A stretch of 64,000 nucleotides of DNA from a candidate division FCPU426 bacterium (lineage in GTDB: Bacteria; Oederibacteriota; Muellerivitia; Muellerivitales; Muellerivitaceae), in NCBI GenBank assembly GCA_963771075.1, contig CAVYSE010000009.1:1-64000 (forward strand). Direction: 5' to 3'. The position numbers were made by a program, and so were the translations under genes. Position 1 is the stretch's first letter. Each line of letters begins with the position of its first letter. Positions 17,548 through 27,426 of this stretch are shown one piece after another. Below the pieces are notes generated by a model, which saw only the letters and a list, made by a program, of their open reading frames with translations, was not told where the DNA came from and made no database searches.

Positions 17548-17914
17548 GGAAATCTCCTTTGGAAAATCAGTTCACAGCTGGCCCAAATTGATATTCGCAA
17601 TTTGGATTACCCAATCCCACCCCTCGGCTTGTGGCCTCGTGGTAGGTAACAGTTGGCAGCCCACAGAAATAAAAACCAAGCCATAGTTTTATACAGACCT
17701 GGGGTGAAGAAAATAAAGCCTGACTTAAAATAAAAAAGCCCGCCCCAATTGCCCTAAGCAATTGGGACTACCAAGGCCCGCTATTCGCCTTGTAGGCTCA
17801 TAGCAGGTGGCAATTCGCAGCCCGTTCGGCTCACACCATTCGCTCAAGACTTGTCGGCAGCTAGGTTTTTAAAGACTTCCCTGCGGACTGTGGACTGCGG
17901 ACTGCCAACTGCCT

Positions 17915-19003
17915 TTAGATATATTCTTTGTAGATCAGGTACTCAGCCACCAATATTCCGCCCTTGGCGGCGCCCATCTTGGTGTTATGGGACACCAGCA
18001 TGTATTTCACCCCGTTGGCCAGGGCGTGGTCCGCGCGGACGCGCCCGACGGAGGTGACCATGCCCCCCAGGTTGTCCCGGTCCAGCTTGGGTTGGGGACG
18101 GAAAGGGTCCTCCGTAACATCAATCAATCGGGGAGGGCATGTCGGCAAGTTCAAACTGATAAAACCCTTGTCTCCCTTGCCCCAATCCGACATGGCTCGC
18201 TTCACCTGGTCTATATTCGCGTTTTTTTTCAACGAAACATAAACCGCCTCGGTATGGGCTTCCAAAACCGGTACCCGGGTACAGGTGGCCGAAACCGGGA
18301 AAGCGGCGTCTCGGATGCCCTCGCCCTCGAAAACCCCCAGGATCTTCTGGGTTTCCTTCTCAACCTTCTCTTCTTCCTTCGGAATATAGGGGATCACGTT
18401 GTCGATGATATCCAGCGCCGCGACTCCGGGCGAGCGGCCCGCGCCGGAACAGGCCTGCATGGAGGTCATCAGGACTTGTTGGATGCCAAAGTGCTCATGA
18501 AGGGGTTTTAAGGTCATGGCCAGGCCGGTGGTGGTGCAGTTGGGCACGGGGGTGACGAAACCTTTCCAGCCCCTGTTCTTCTTCTGGACGGAGATGAGGC
18601 GGTCGTGGTCCTCATTGACCCCGGGGATGAAGATGGGAACGTCCTTCTCATAACGGAAGGCGGAGGCGGTGGACACGACCGGGGTGGTCTTGGCGTAGCG
18701 GGGTTCCAGGTCCTTGGCGGCGTCCGATTCCACGGCGGTGAAGATCAAATCCACGGTGGAGGCGTCGAGCTTCGAGGCGTCCTGCACGGTTATTTTGGCG
18801 AAGGCCGGGTCCAGGGGTTCCTGGCAATACCAGCGGAAGGCGCCGGAGGCGTCGGTGATGGCGTCCTTATAAACCTTGCCCGCCGAACGCTCGCTGGCGG
18901 CCAAAGCCACCACCTCGAACCAGGGATGGCCCGAGAGGGAGGCCAGGAACTGCTGGCCCGCCACCCCCGTGGCGCCGATGACCGCGACTGTTTTCTTTTT
19001 CAT
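17915..19003 (-). CDS. asd: Aspartate-semialdehyde dehydrogenase
   Basis: GATGVAG, PNCTT, CTRVPV, SHNTKMGAA. Confidence 0.92.
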   Translation of the reverse strand: MKKKTVAVIGATGVAGQQFLASLSGHPWFEVVALAASERSAGKVYKDAITDASGAFRWYCQEPLDPAFAKITVQDASKLDASTVDLIFTAVESDAAKDLEPRYAKTTPVVSTASAFRYEKDVPIFIPGVNEDHDRLISVQKKNRGWKGFVTPVPNCTTTGLAMTLKPLHEHFGIQQVLMTSMQACSGAGRSPGVAALDIIDNVIPYIPKEEEKVEKETQKILGVFEGEGIRDAAFPVSATCTRVPVLEAHTEAVYVSLKKNANIDQVKRAMSDWGKGDKGFISLNLPTCPPRLIDVTEDPFRPQPKLDRDNLGGMVTSVGRVRADHALANGVKYMLVSHNTKMGAAKGGILVAEYLIYKEYI

Positions 19004-19130
19004 GGTTAAACCCCCGTGAATAATGGACCGGCCCGGCCGGGAATGGCATGCAAGATAGCATATTTGGGCCGGGTTTCAATTAAAACGGCGGGGGGGGTAC
19101 TGTCTCAATTTGAAGAGAAAACTTTATTTC

Positions 19131-19303
19131 ACCCTCACCCCAACCCTCTCCCGTCGAGGGAGAGGGAGAAAAAAACATTAAAAACCCTCGCCCCTGGTGG
19201 GAGAGGGTATGCCGACCTTCCATGAAGCTTTACAGAAGTCGGTATGACCTCAAATATCCTTTGAAATATTTTCAAATATGAAATTTGAGATAGGGTGAGG
19301 GGT
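19131..19303. repeat. Intergenic palindromic element (CCCTCACCCCAACCCTCTCCC...GGGAGAGGG type)
   Basis: Two CCCTCTCCC/GGGAGAGGG hairpins with outer arms ACCCTCACCC and GGGTGAGGGGT; a partial copy lies near 29747-29771. Confidence 0.6.
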
Positions 19304-19352
19304 GAACCTTATGGCGCCTTAATAACCAAACTGAGACACTACCGGCGGGGGG

Positions 19353-20045
19353 CTAGGGAATCTCGGTTTTGGAACTGGATTCGTAAACCTTCTTCTTCAC
19401 CGCGACGTCAATGAAACAAAGGTAGATGCCCGGCGGCATGGGACGGTTCTGTTCGTCCTTGCAGTCCCATTTGAATTCATGGGTACCCTTGGCCAGGAAA
19501 TCGGGGCTGTCGACCTTATTGAACTCAAAAGACCTCACCAGCCTGAAACCGGAGGAATAGACTTTCAGGTAGACCTTTTCCGCCGGGATATTGACCTTCC
19601 ACTTAAAACTGATTTTCTTTTCCGAGTCGGGTTTCGGGGAGATCTTGAACAGGGCCACGCCGGGGGTCACCGTGGGCGTGGGGGTGATGGTGGGGGTACG
19701 GGTGATAGTGGCGGTGGGGGTGCCCGTTTGGGTGGGGCTTCGGGTGATGGTTGGGGTATAGGTTTTAGTCGGGGACCGGGTAATCGTGGGGCTGAGCGTG
19801 ATCGTGCGGGTAAAGGTTAAGGTGGAGGTCGGCGTGGGCGTCCAGGTGGCGGGCTGGGTGCCCGTGGTGGTGAGGGTGGGCGTGAAGGTGGGGGACGCGC
19901 TGGGGGTAAGGGTAGCCGTGAGGGTGGGCGTAAGGGTTAGGGTCGGCGTCGCAGTCGGGTTCGTCCCGGCACCCCAGGCGCCGTTCACCCAAAGGCACAA
20001 CCCGATCCAGAGAGCGACCTTCATCCGTAACCGGCCCCGATCCAT
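19353..20045 (-). CDS. Secreted Thr/Pro-rich protein with C-terminal FlgD Ig-like domain
   Basis: Signal peptide, (TPT)n stalk, KVYSSGFRLVR...WDCKD...PPGIY. Confidence 0.8.
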   Translation of the reverse strand: MDRGRLRMKVALWIGLCLWVNGAWGAGTNPTATPTLTLTPTLTATLTPSASPTFTPTLTTTGTQPATWTPTPTSTLTFTRTITLSPTITRSPTKTYTPTITRSPTQTGTPTATITRTPTITPTPTVTPGVALFKISPKPDSEKKISFKWKVNIPAEKVYLKVYSSGFRLVRSFEFNKVDSPDFLAKGTHEFKWDCKDEQNRPMPPGIYLCFIDVAVKKKVYESSSKTEIP

Positions 20046-20048
20046 GCC

Positions 20049-21188
20049 TTATCCGATCTCGGCGCAAACGGCGTCGCCCATTTGGGGACAGGTGATGGCC
20101 TTTTCGCCCTTTTTCGCCAGGTCGGCGGTGCGCAAACCCTTTCGTAGCACCTTCTCCACCGCGTTTTCCACGGCGTCCGATTCTTTCTGGAGCTGGAAGC
20201 TGTATTTGAGCATCATGCCGATGGAAAGGATCATGGCCAGGGGGTTGGCCTTTCCCGTCCCCGCGATATCGGGCGCCGAGCCGTGGGAGGGCTCATAAAG
20301 CCCAAAGCGGATGCTTGCGGGGGCATCCGCACCGGCAACCCCCGGACCTCGGCTTGGGGCCTCGGCCCAGCCAGCTTTTCCCCCAAGGGAAGCGGAAGGC
20401 AGCATCCCTAAGGACCCGGTCAGCATGGAAGCCTCGTCGGAGAGGATGTCCCCGAACATGTTAGTGGTCACCAGCACGTCGAATTGTTTCGGTTTTAGGA
20501 TCAACTGCATGGCCGCGTTGTCCACGATCTGGTGCTCAAAGGCCAGGTCGGGATATTTCTTGGAAACCTCTTCCGCCACGTCGTGCCAAAGGCGGGAGGA
20601 TTCCAAAACGTTGAACTTGTCCACGCTGGTCACTTTTTTGCGCCGCAACCGGGCCAGGTCGCAGGCGAGGGTCACGATGCGCTCGACCTCGGGGGTGCGG
20701 TAGATCTCGGTGTTGACCCCGTAACGGTCCTTCCCTTCCCCGTGGATGCCCCGGGGCTCGCCGAAATAGATGCCCGAGATGAGCTCCCGGACGATGAGCA
20801 TGTCCACGCCCTCGATGACCTCGCTCTTGAGGGTGGAGGCGTCCTTCAAGGCGTCATAAAGCTTGACCGGGCGCAGGTTGGCGTAAAGGTCGAGTCCCTT
20901 GCGGAGGCCCAAAATGCCCGCCTCGGGCCTTTTTTTGTTCTCGATCTTGTCCCACTTGGGGCCGCCCATCGGGGCCTTCAGCACCGCCTGGGACGCCTGG
21001 CAGGCCCGGAGGGTGTGGTCCGGAAGGGGGCTGTCGAACTTGTCGATGGCGATCCCGCCCGCGTCCTGGGGTTCGTATTCGAACTTGTGAGCGAACACTT
21101 CCCCGACCCGGTTGAGGACCTTTTGCGACTCCGCGCAGATTTCCGGCCCGATGCCGTCCCCGGCAAGAACGACGATGTGAAAGTTCAT
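20049..21188 (-). CDS. leuB: 3-isopropylmalate dehydrogenase
   Basis: GDGIGPE, RELISGIYFG, NMFGDILSDEA, YEPSHGSAPDIAG. Confidence 0.96.
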   Translation of the reverse strand: MNFHIVVLAGDGIGPEICAESQKVLNRVGEVFAHKFEYEPQDAGGIAIDKFDSPLPDHTLRACQASQAVLKAPMGGPKWDKIENKKRPEAGILGLRKGLDLYANLRPVKLYDALKDASTLKSEVIEGVDMLIVRELISGIYFGEPRGIHGEGKDRYGVNTEIYRTPEVERIVTLACDLARLRRKKVTSVDKFNVLESSRLWHDVAEEVSKKYPDLAFEHQIVDNAAMQLILKPKQFDVLVTTNMFGDILSDEASMLTGSLGMLPSASLGGKAGWAEAPSRGPGVAGADAPASIRFGLYEPSHGSAPDIAGTGKANPLAMILSIGMMLKYSFQLQKESDAVENAVEKVLRKGLRTADLAKKGEKAITCPQMGDAVCAEIG

Positions 21189-21458
21189 GGTTAGAAAAGT
21201 TCCTTTGGTTTATTGGACACAACGCCCCATTCGGGAAAGGGGTAGTTTAACCAATGAAGATGGGGCCATAAAGAAGCAAAGTAACCGTTCAGGCCCGACA
21301 AACCCACGGCCAACACGAAGACACAAAGACACCAAGAAAGGCAAAACAAAGATGAATTTTCCAAGATTTATCAAAACCTTTTCCTTTCCCCGTTCTTTGC
21401 GTCTTTGTGCCTTTGTGTTGGAAGTTTTTTTCTTGCCGCTGAACTATGACCTTGTCTT

Positions 21459-21908
21459 TTATTTCCGTTTCCGGCGCTTCGGCCTGGGTTTGCCCGCGTC
21501 ATAAGACGCTGGAGGTTCGCCCAGAAGGGGCGGTTCCTCAAGGCGGGAAGCGGCCAAGTCCCTGAAATGCCGGGCGTGTTCCAACAAATTCCGGAGGCTG
21601 GCGGCGGAAAGTTCCGCTTCCCAGTCATAGTCCCCCGCCAGCCGTTGGTCGAAGGCCTCCCGGAGCCATTGGTGGGTTGGGGCGGGCATGAGCCCCGTTT
21701 TCACGAACCTTTCGCCGAACGCCGAGATGACCCCCTTGTGCGTTGAATAGGAAAGTCCTTTCGTGGACAAGAGCGCCACGGCGCAATAAAACATCGCGTA
21801 ATACAGCCGCGAGGCGGACGAATCAAGGTCGCCGTCGCGCAGGAGGAGTTCGGCGGAGCGCAGGTAACGGTCGGCTTTCCGGATAATCCTCCGCGAGTCG
21901 GGTTTCAA
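21459..21908 (-). CDS. HEPN-domain protein
   Basis: SRLYYAMFY, THKGVISAF, RLAGDY; overlaps the upstream MNT gene by 4 bp. Confidence 0.85.
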   Translation of the reverse strand: MKPDSRRIIRKADRYLRSAELLLRDGDLDSSASRLYYAMFYCAVALLSTKGLSYSTHKGVISAFGERFVKTGLMPAPTHQWLREAFDQRLAGDYDWEAELSAASLRNLLEHARHFRDLAASRLEEPPLLGEPPASYDAGKPRPKRRKRK

Positions 21909-22267
21909 AGCGCCACCAGGTCGGGCCGGATGTTGCGGAGGAAGGGCGTTGAGGCCTTCCGGAATCGGTCGGATGAAACCGGCATGGTTGAAAGCAGTTG
22001 GTTGTACTTCAGGCTCACCCGGGAGGCGGTTTCCGCCATGGCGTGGATTTCACGGCCGGCATTCACCGGGCCCCGCAAAACCACCAGGAGGTCCAGGTCG
22101 GAACCTGCGTTCCAGGTCCCTTTGGCGTAGGAGCCGTAGAGGTAGAGCGCCTCTAACCGGCGGCCATATAGGCGGCGCAGGTCCACCGCGAAATCGGCCA
22201 GGGCTTTCCCGGCCCCCGACCGGATGGAAGCGGTGGATTTGAGGCCGGTTTTCATGACGATTTCCAT
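21905..22267 (-). CDS. Minimal nucleotidyltransferase (MNT)
   Basis: LYGSYAKG...SDLDLLVV motif. Confidence 0.88.
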   Translation of the reverse strand: MEIVMKTGLKSTASIRSGAGKALADFAVDLRRLYGRRLEALYLYGSYAKGTWNAGSDLDLLVVLRGPVNAGREIHAMAETASRVSLKYNQLLSTMPVSSDRFRKASTPFLRNIRPDLVAL

Positions 22268-22464
22268 ATATTCTTCAGCAGTTCTTCATGCGATATCGTC
22301 CGCTTTTCCCAAATATCCGATTCGCCTTTTTCGATCTTTTGGAGGAGATAGAAGCGATACATAAGATCTTCCAGGTCTATTTTTTCGGGAAGGTTCTTGA
22401 CCATCTCCGCAACTTGACCTTTCGTTACCGTCAGTGAAGCACCCCCATCCCACGCTTTACCCAT
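22252..22464 (-). CDS. Small antitoxin-like hypothetical protein
   Basis: LPEKIDLEDLMYRFYLLQKIEKGESDI...ISHEEL resembles small proteins encoded upstream of ParE/RelE toxins. Confidence 0.6.
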   Translation of the reverse strand: MGKAWDGGASLTVTKGQVAEMVKNLPEKIDLEDLMYRFYLLQKIEKGESDIWEKRTISHEELLKNIWKSS

Positions 22465-22557
22465 TTCATTGTATCAAACCCCAAAAAGAAGTTGGCAGAT
22501 GGCAGCTGGCAGTTAAAGTCTAACTGCGAACCGCGAACTGCGAACTGCCAACTAGTG

Positions 22558-24168
22558 TTAAAGCTTAAGCCCCTTCTGGATATCAAAAGCCTCCTTGGGG
22601 CCTTTCCGCTCGTGCTTCAAGAGAAGCTTGTTCACCCCGTTCAAGTAAGCCTTGGCGGAAGCCTCGATGATGTCGGTGGAAACGCCCCGGCCGTTGGCCT
22701 CTTCCCCATCGGAGGAAACCGTGACCGTGACCTCGCCCTGGGCGTCCCGGCCCTGGGTGAGGGCCTTGAGGGAATAGTTTTCCAGTTTTCCCTTGAAGCC
22801 GGTGGCCCGGTCGATGGCGTTGAACACCGCGTCCACGGGGCCGTCCCCGGTGGCGGCCTCCTCCTTCACGGCCTCCCCCTTCTTGACGCGCAGGGTGGCC
22901 GTCGGAAGGGTGGTCGTTCCCGCCGAGGTGTGCAGGTAGGTCATCTGGAACTGGTTGGCCGAGGTGTCGAGCTTCTCCTCGATCAGGGCCTCGATATCCT
23001 CGTCATAGACGCCCTTTTTCTTGTCCGCCAGGTCCTTGAACTTGGCGAAGACCGCGTCGATGGCCTCGGGCGAAAGGCGGTAGCCCATGTCCTCCAGCCT
23101 TTTGCTGAAGGCGTGGCGGCCCGAGTGCTTGCCGAGAACCAAGCGGCTTTCGGGCACCCCGATGTCCTGGGGCGTCATGATCTCGTAGGTCTGCCGGTAT
23201 TTGAGGATCCCGTCCTGGTGGATGCCGCTCTCATGGGCGAAGGCGTTGGAGCCCACGATGGCCTTGTTGGGCTGCAGCATGAAACCCGTCAGGGTCGAGA
23301 CCAAACGACTGGCCTTGTAGATCTCCCGGGTGTTGATGCCCGTCTGGTAGGGATAGAGGTCGTGGCGGGTTTTCAGCACCATGACGATCTCCTCCAGGCT
23401 GGCGTTGCCGGCCCTTTCCCCGATGCCGTTGACGGTGCATTCCACCTGCCGGGCCCCGTTGCGGATGGCCGAGAGGGAATTGGCGACCGCCAGCCCCAGG
23501 TCATCATGGCAGTGGACCGACAGGATCGCCTTGTTGATGTTGGGCACCCGGTTCTTCAGGGTTGCGAGCATATGGCCGTATTCGGTCGGTATGGCGTAAC
23601 CGACGGTGTCCGGAACGTTCACCGTTTTGGCGCCGCTCTTGATGGCCGTTTCCACCATGCGGCACAGGAAATCCGGGTTGGACCGGGAGGCGTCCTGGGC
23701 CGAGAATTCCACGTCATCGGTGAATCGGCGGGCGTACTTCACCGAGTCCGCCGTCGCGTCCAGGGCCTGCTCCCGCGTCTTCTTGAACAGGTAATTCAAG
23801 TGGATGTCGGAGGAGGAAATGAAGGTGTGGATGCGGGGGCGCTTGGCGGGTTTCAAGGCCTTTGCGCAGGCGTCGATATCCTTTCGCATGGCCCGGGAGA
23901 GGCCGGCGACGACGGTTTTTTTCAGTATGCGGGATACCTTTTCGACGGCGTCCAGGTCGCCGGGGGAAGCCGCCGGAAACCCCGCCTCGATGATATCCAC
24001 GCCCAGTTTTTCCAGCTGGACCGCGATCTTCAGTTTTTCGGCGGTGTTCAGGCTGGCGCCGGGGGCCTGTTCCCCGTCGCGCAGGGTGGTATCGAAGATA
24101 TAAACACGCTCACCCGCGGGCGCGGAAGGGGCGGATGCGGAGTTTTTATTTGTCTTTTTGGTTTTCAT
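22558..24168 (-). CDS. leuA: 2-isopropylmalate synthase
   Basis: DTTLRDGEQ, HCHDDLG, GIGERAGN, HESGIHQDG, regulatory domain GDGPVDA. Confidence 0.96.
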   Translation of the reverse strand: MKTKKTNKNSASAPSAPAGERVYIFDTTLRDGEQAPGASLNTAEKLKIAVQLEKLGVDIIEAGFPAASPGDLDAVEKVSRILKKTVVAGLSRAMRKDIDACAKALKPAKRPRIHTFISSSDIHLNYLFKKTREQALDATADSVKYARRFTDDVEFSAQDASRSNPDFLCRMVETAIKSGAKTVNVPDTVGYAIPTEYGHMLATLKNRVPNINKAILSVHCHDDLGLAVANSLSAIRNGARQVECTVNGIGERAGNASLEEIVMVLKTRHDLYPYQTGINTREIYKASRLVSTLTGFMLQPNKAIVGSNAFAHESGIHQDGILKYRQTYEIMTPQDIGVPESRLVLGKHSGRHAFSKRLEDMGYRLSPEAIDAVFAKFKDLADKKKGVYDEDIEALIEEKLDTSANQFQMTYLHTSAGTTTLPTATLRVKKGEAVKEEAATGDGPVDAVFNAIDRATGFKGKLENYSLKALTQGRDAQGEVTVTVSSDGEEANGRGVSTDIIEASAKAYLNGVNKLLLKHERKGPKEAFDIQKGLKL

Positions 24169-24217
24169 CGGGAACCTCGTTTTCGGTTTAGGGGTGATCG
24201 TTTACTAGGGATTCGGG

Positions 24218-25096
24218 CTAATTCTTGGTTGGGGCCTTTGCAGGCTTCCTAAGTCGGCCCAGGCTTTTGCGGGTCAGGAACTTGATGATTCCCCAGAACA
24301 GGTAAAGGGTTAAAAAGGTAAAGGAGGCTATTTCGAAATCCTCCACCAGGGCGATCAAGACCAGGCCGATGAAGGCCAGGGTCCAGGGCTTGATGAATTC
24401 CCGGTTCAGCCTCTTGAGGCTGGGAAAGGGGATGGTGGAAACCATGACCAATGCGATGATGACCGTCAGGATGGGCACCCCGTAGATCTCAAAGGCGTTC
24501 TGGTTTTCCTCGTACCAGCCCATGACCTTGTTCAGGAAAACGCCCTTAAAACCGCTCCAGCGCGACAGCATCACGTAGCTGGCCAAAATGCCTGCCGCGG
24601 CCGGGCTGGGCAGGCCCATGAAGGAAGTCTTTTCCTCCACCTGGGCCTGGACGTTGAACCGGGCCAGGCGGATTGCGGCGCAGACCACGTAGAGAAAGGT
24701 GATGGCCAGGCCCCAATCGCCCATGTAGCGCAAAACCGACAGGTAGATCAGGATGGCCGGGGCCATGCCGAAGGACACCAGGTCGGACATGCTGTCGAAC
24801 TCCTGGCCGAACTTGGAGGTAGTGTGGGTGGCCCGGGCCACCATGCCGTCGAAGAGGTCGAGGAAAGCGGCGATGACGATCAACCGGGCCGGCCACATGA
24901 AGGGGATGTTGTTGCTGCCCGGGAAAAGGGAGAGGGTCAGCGAATCCTTGATGCCCCAGGTGATGGACCAGATACCGGCCACCATGTTGGCCGCGGTGAA
25001 CATGTTGGGCAGGAGGTAGATGGTCTTGCGCAGGCGGGAGGAGGCGGGCTTTTCCGCCGCATCGGCCCTGTAGGTTTTGGGTTTGAAGACCGCCAT
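24218..25096 (-). CDS. pssA: CDP-diacylglycerol--serine O-phosphatidyltransferase
   Basis: LPNMFT, DLFDGMVAR...FGQEFDSMSDLVSFG, RLARFN, FMGLPSP. Confidence 0.92.
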   Translation of the reverse strand: MAVFKPKTYRADAAEKPASSRLRKTIYLLPNMFTAANMVAGIWSITWGIKDSLTLSLFPGSNNIPFMWPARLIVIAAFLDLFDGMVARATHTTSKFGQEFDSMSDLVSFGMAPAILIYLSVLRYMGDWGLAITFLYVVCAAIRLARFNVQAQVEEKTSFMGLPSPAAAGILASYVMLSRWSGFKGVFLNKVMGWYEENQNAFEIYGVPILTVIIALVMVSTIPFPSLKRLNREFIKPWTLAFIGLVLIALVEDFEIASFTFLTLYLFWGIIKFLTRKSLGRLRKPAKAPTKN

Positions 25097-25097
25097 T

Positions 25098-25775
25098 TTA
25101 AAATTCTCCTAACACCGTCACTCCAGCCCGGACTGGGTCCCCCTTTTTCACCTTGGGTTTAAACCCCCTCGGCAAAAACAGGTCCACCCGGGAACCCAGC
25201 AAAATCCTCCCCAAACGTTCGCCCCGCGCCAACACCACGCCCTTTTCGGCGTCGGTCTTGACCCGGCGGCACAATAAACCCGCGATCTGCTTCAACACCG
25301 CCCGGCCCGGGGCCTTGAAATCCTTGCTTCCCTTCAGGTCGATCACCAGGTGGCACTGTTCGTTTACCAGGTCGGCCTTGTCGTCATAGGCGGCCAAGAA
25401 TTTCCCGGGATAGTAAACCTTCCTGGCCACCTTCCCGTCGAAGGGCATCCGCTGGACGTGGTTGTTCAGGGGGTTCATGAAAATGGCGATATGCACCGAT
25501 TTTTTCCCCAGGTAAAACTTTTCCACCGCGTCCGTGAGGATCACGATCTTGCCGTCCGCAGGGCTGAGGACCTCCCGGGGCGACAAGGGCCTCAAGGGCC
25601 TTCTCTCGAAATCCCTGAAAAAATTCAGGATCAAACCCGCCAAAACCAGGATGACCCCGGCGAGGATTTCGAAACCCCAACCGCCCGTTTCAACGCCCCA
25701 AAGCATCACGGCGATCCCCGCCCCCAGGACGGGAAGGGCCATGGACCAGGTTTCAGGCATGAAGGGCAGTCTCAT
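25098..25775 (-). CDS. psd: Phosphatidylserine decarboxylase proenzyme
   Basis: FFRD, SPADG, QIAG, LGSRVD cleavage motif. Confidence 0.92.
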   Translation of the reverse strand: MRLPFMPETWSMALPVLGAGIAVMLWGVETGGWGFEILAGVILVLAGLILNFFRDFERRPLRPLSPREVLSPADGKIVILTDAVEKFYLGKKSVHIAIFMNPLNNHVQRMPFDGKVARKVYYPGKFLAAYDDKADLVNEQCHLVIDLKGSKDFKAPGRAVLKQIAGLLCRRVKTDAEKGVVLARGERLGRILLGSRVDLFLPRGFKPKVKKGDPVRAGVTVLGEF

Positions 25776-25818
25776 CGTTTCTCCCCCGCCGGCGGTCTTG
25801 GGCCGGCTTGCGCTTCGA

Positions 25819-26808
25819 TTACTTCTTGAACCAGCTGAACATGCTGCGGATCTGGGTTCCCACCTTCTCGATCATGTGCTGGGAATCGTTCTTCAGCAGC
25901 GCGTTGTAGACCGGCCGGTTGGCCTGGTTTTCCAGGATGAATTCCCGGGCGAAGGAGCCGGATTGGATCTCCGCGAGGATCCTCTGCATCTCGTGGCGGG
26001 TGTTGTCGTTGATGATGCGGCGGCCCCGGGTTATATCCCCGTACTTGGCGGTAGTGGAAATCCCGTCCCGCATGCCCGAAATGCCCTTTTCGTAGATCAA
26101 ATCCACGATCAGCTTCACCTCATGCAGGCACTCGAAATAGGCCACTTCCGGCTGGTAGCCCGCCGCCACCAGGGTCTCAAAACCCGCCCGGATGAGCTCG
26201 GTCAAACCGCCGCAAAGGACCACCTGCTCCCCGAAGAGGTCGGTTTCGGTCTCTTCCTTGAAGGTCGTTTCCATGACCCCGGCGCGGGTGCAGCCGATCG
26301 CCTTTCCGTAGGCGAGGGCGATTTTCAGGGCGTTGCCCGTCCCGTTCTGGTGAACCGCCACTAGGGCCGGGACCCCCTTGCCTTCCACATAGGTCGAACG
26401 GACCAGGTGGCCCGGGCTCTTGGGCGCGATCATGAACACGTCCACGTCCGGCGGGGGGATGATCTGGCCGAAATGGATGTTGAAACCGTGGGAGAACATG
26501 AGGGCCTTGCCGCCCTTGAGGTTCGCCTTGATGTCGTTCTTGTAGATGGCGGCCTGGAGGTCGTCCTGGGTCAGGACCTGGATGATGTCCGCCTTGACCG
26601 CGATGTCCTTGGCGTCCGTCACCTCGAACCCGTCCGCCTTGGCCTGCTTGATGGCCGGCTCGGACAGCTCGCCGATGATCACCTTGATGCCCGAATCCTT
26701 CAGGTTCAGGGCCTGGTTGCGGCCCTGGTTCCCGTAGCCGATGATCCCGACGGTTTTTCCCTTCAGAATATTCAGATCCGCGTCCTGTTCGTAATAAATC
26801 TTAGCCAT
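25819..26808 (-). CDS. ilvC: Ketol-acid reductoisomerase
   Basis: [28 protein letters not shown]. Confidence 0.97.
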   Translation of the reverse strand: MAKIYYEQDADLNILKGKTVGIIGYGNQGRNQALNLKDSGIKVIIGELSEPAIKQAKADGFEVTDAKDIAVKADIIQVLTQDDLQAAIYKNDIKANLKGGKALMFSHGFNIHFGQIIPPPDVDVFMIAPKSPGHLVRSTYVEGKGVPALVAVHQNGTGNALKIALAYGKAIGCTRAGVMETTFKEETETDLFGEQVVLCGGLTELIRAGFETLVAAGYQPEVAYFECLHEVKLIVDLIYEKGISGMRDGISTTAKYGDITRGRRIINDNTRHEMQRILAEIQSGSFAREFILENQANRPVYNALLKNDSQHMIEKVGTQIRSMFSWFKK

Positions 26809-26883
26809 TGCTTTCTCCTTGGATGTTTCGCCCTGGGGCGTTTTGAACCTGTGGGTGGCCAGGCTCCAGCCGCCTTCCTCTTC

Positions 26884-27426
26884 CTAAAGATTAGACTGGG
26901 AGGCCTTCCCTTCCTTCACCTTGATCTTCTTCTCGACTTCCTCATGAACCTTCTTGCCCCGGGAAATCGCCACCTCCCCGGTGCGGACCATCTCGATGAT
27001 GCCGTAGTTCCTCAACAGATCGATCATGCCGTTGATCTTGCTTTCCTTGCCCGTGACCTCGACGATGAAGCTTTTGAGGGCCACGTCCACGATCTTGCCG
27101 TCAAAGCATTGGACGATTTCCATCACCTGGCTTCGGCTTTGGGGCTCGGCCTTGACCTTGATCAAGGCGAGGTCCCGGGCGATGAAATCGTCCTGGGTCA
27201 AATCGACCACCTGGATGGTGTCCACGAGCTTGTTGAGCTGCTTTTCCACCTGGTCGATCACCCGATCATCCCCCCGCACCACGATGGTCATGCGGGAAAC
27301 CTTCGGGTTGTCCGTCACCCCCACCACCAAGCTGTCGATGTTGTAGCCCCGGGCTGAGAACAGGTTGGAAACTCGGGACAGGACCCCCGCGTTGTTATGC
27401 ACCAGGACCGAAATGGTGTGCCTCAT
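26884..27426 (-). CDS. ilvN: Acetolactate synthase small subunit
   Basis: MRHTISVLVHNNAGVLSRVSNLFSARGYNIDSL ACT domain; the real start lies inside the longer track ORF. Confidence 0.94.
   Translation of the reverse strand: MRHTISVLVHNNAGVLSRVSNLFSARGYNIDSLVVGVTDNPKVSRMTIVVRGDDRVIDQVEKQLNKLVDTIQVVDLTQDDFIARDLALIKVKAEPQSRSQVMEIVQCFDGKIVDVALKSFIVEVTGKESKINGMIDLLRNYGIIEMVRTGEVAISRGKKVHEEVEKKIKVKEGKASQSNL

Noticed and set aside
22492..24252. 586-aa + strand ORF and similar long antisense ORFs (26407-27357, 27549-28574, 15640-16494)
   Set aside because: These are shadows of GC-rich genes on the opposite strand, with no recognisable motifs.
24218..25775. psd-pssA inside the ilv-leu operon as a novelty
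   Set aside because: This gene order is already familiar from several bacterial groups.
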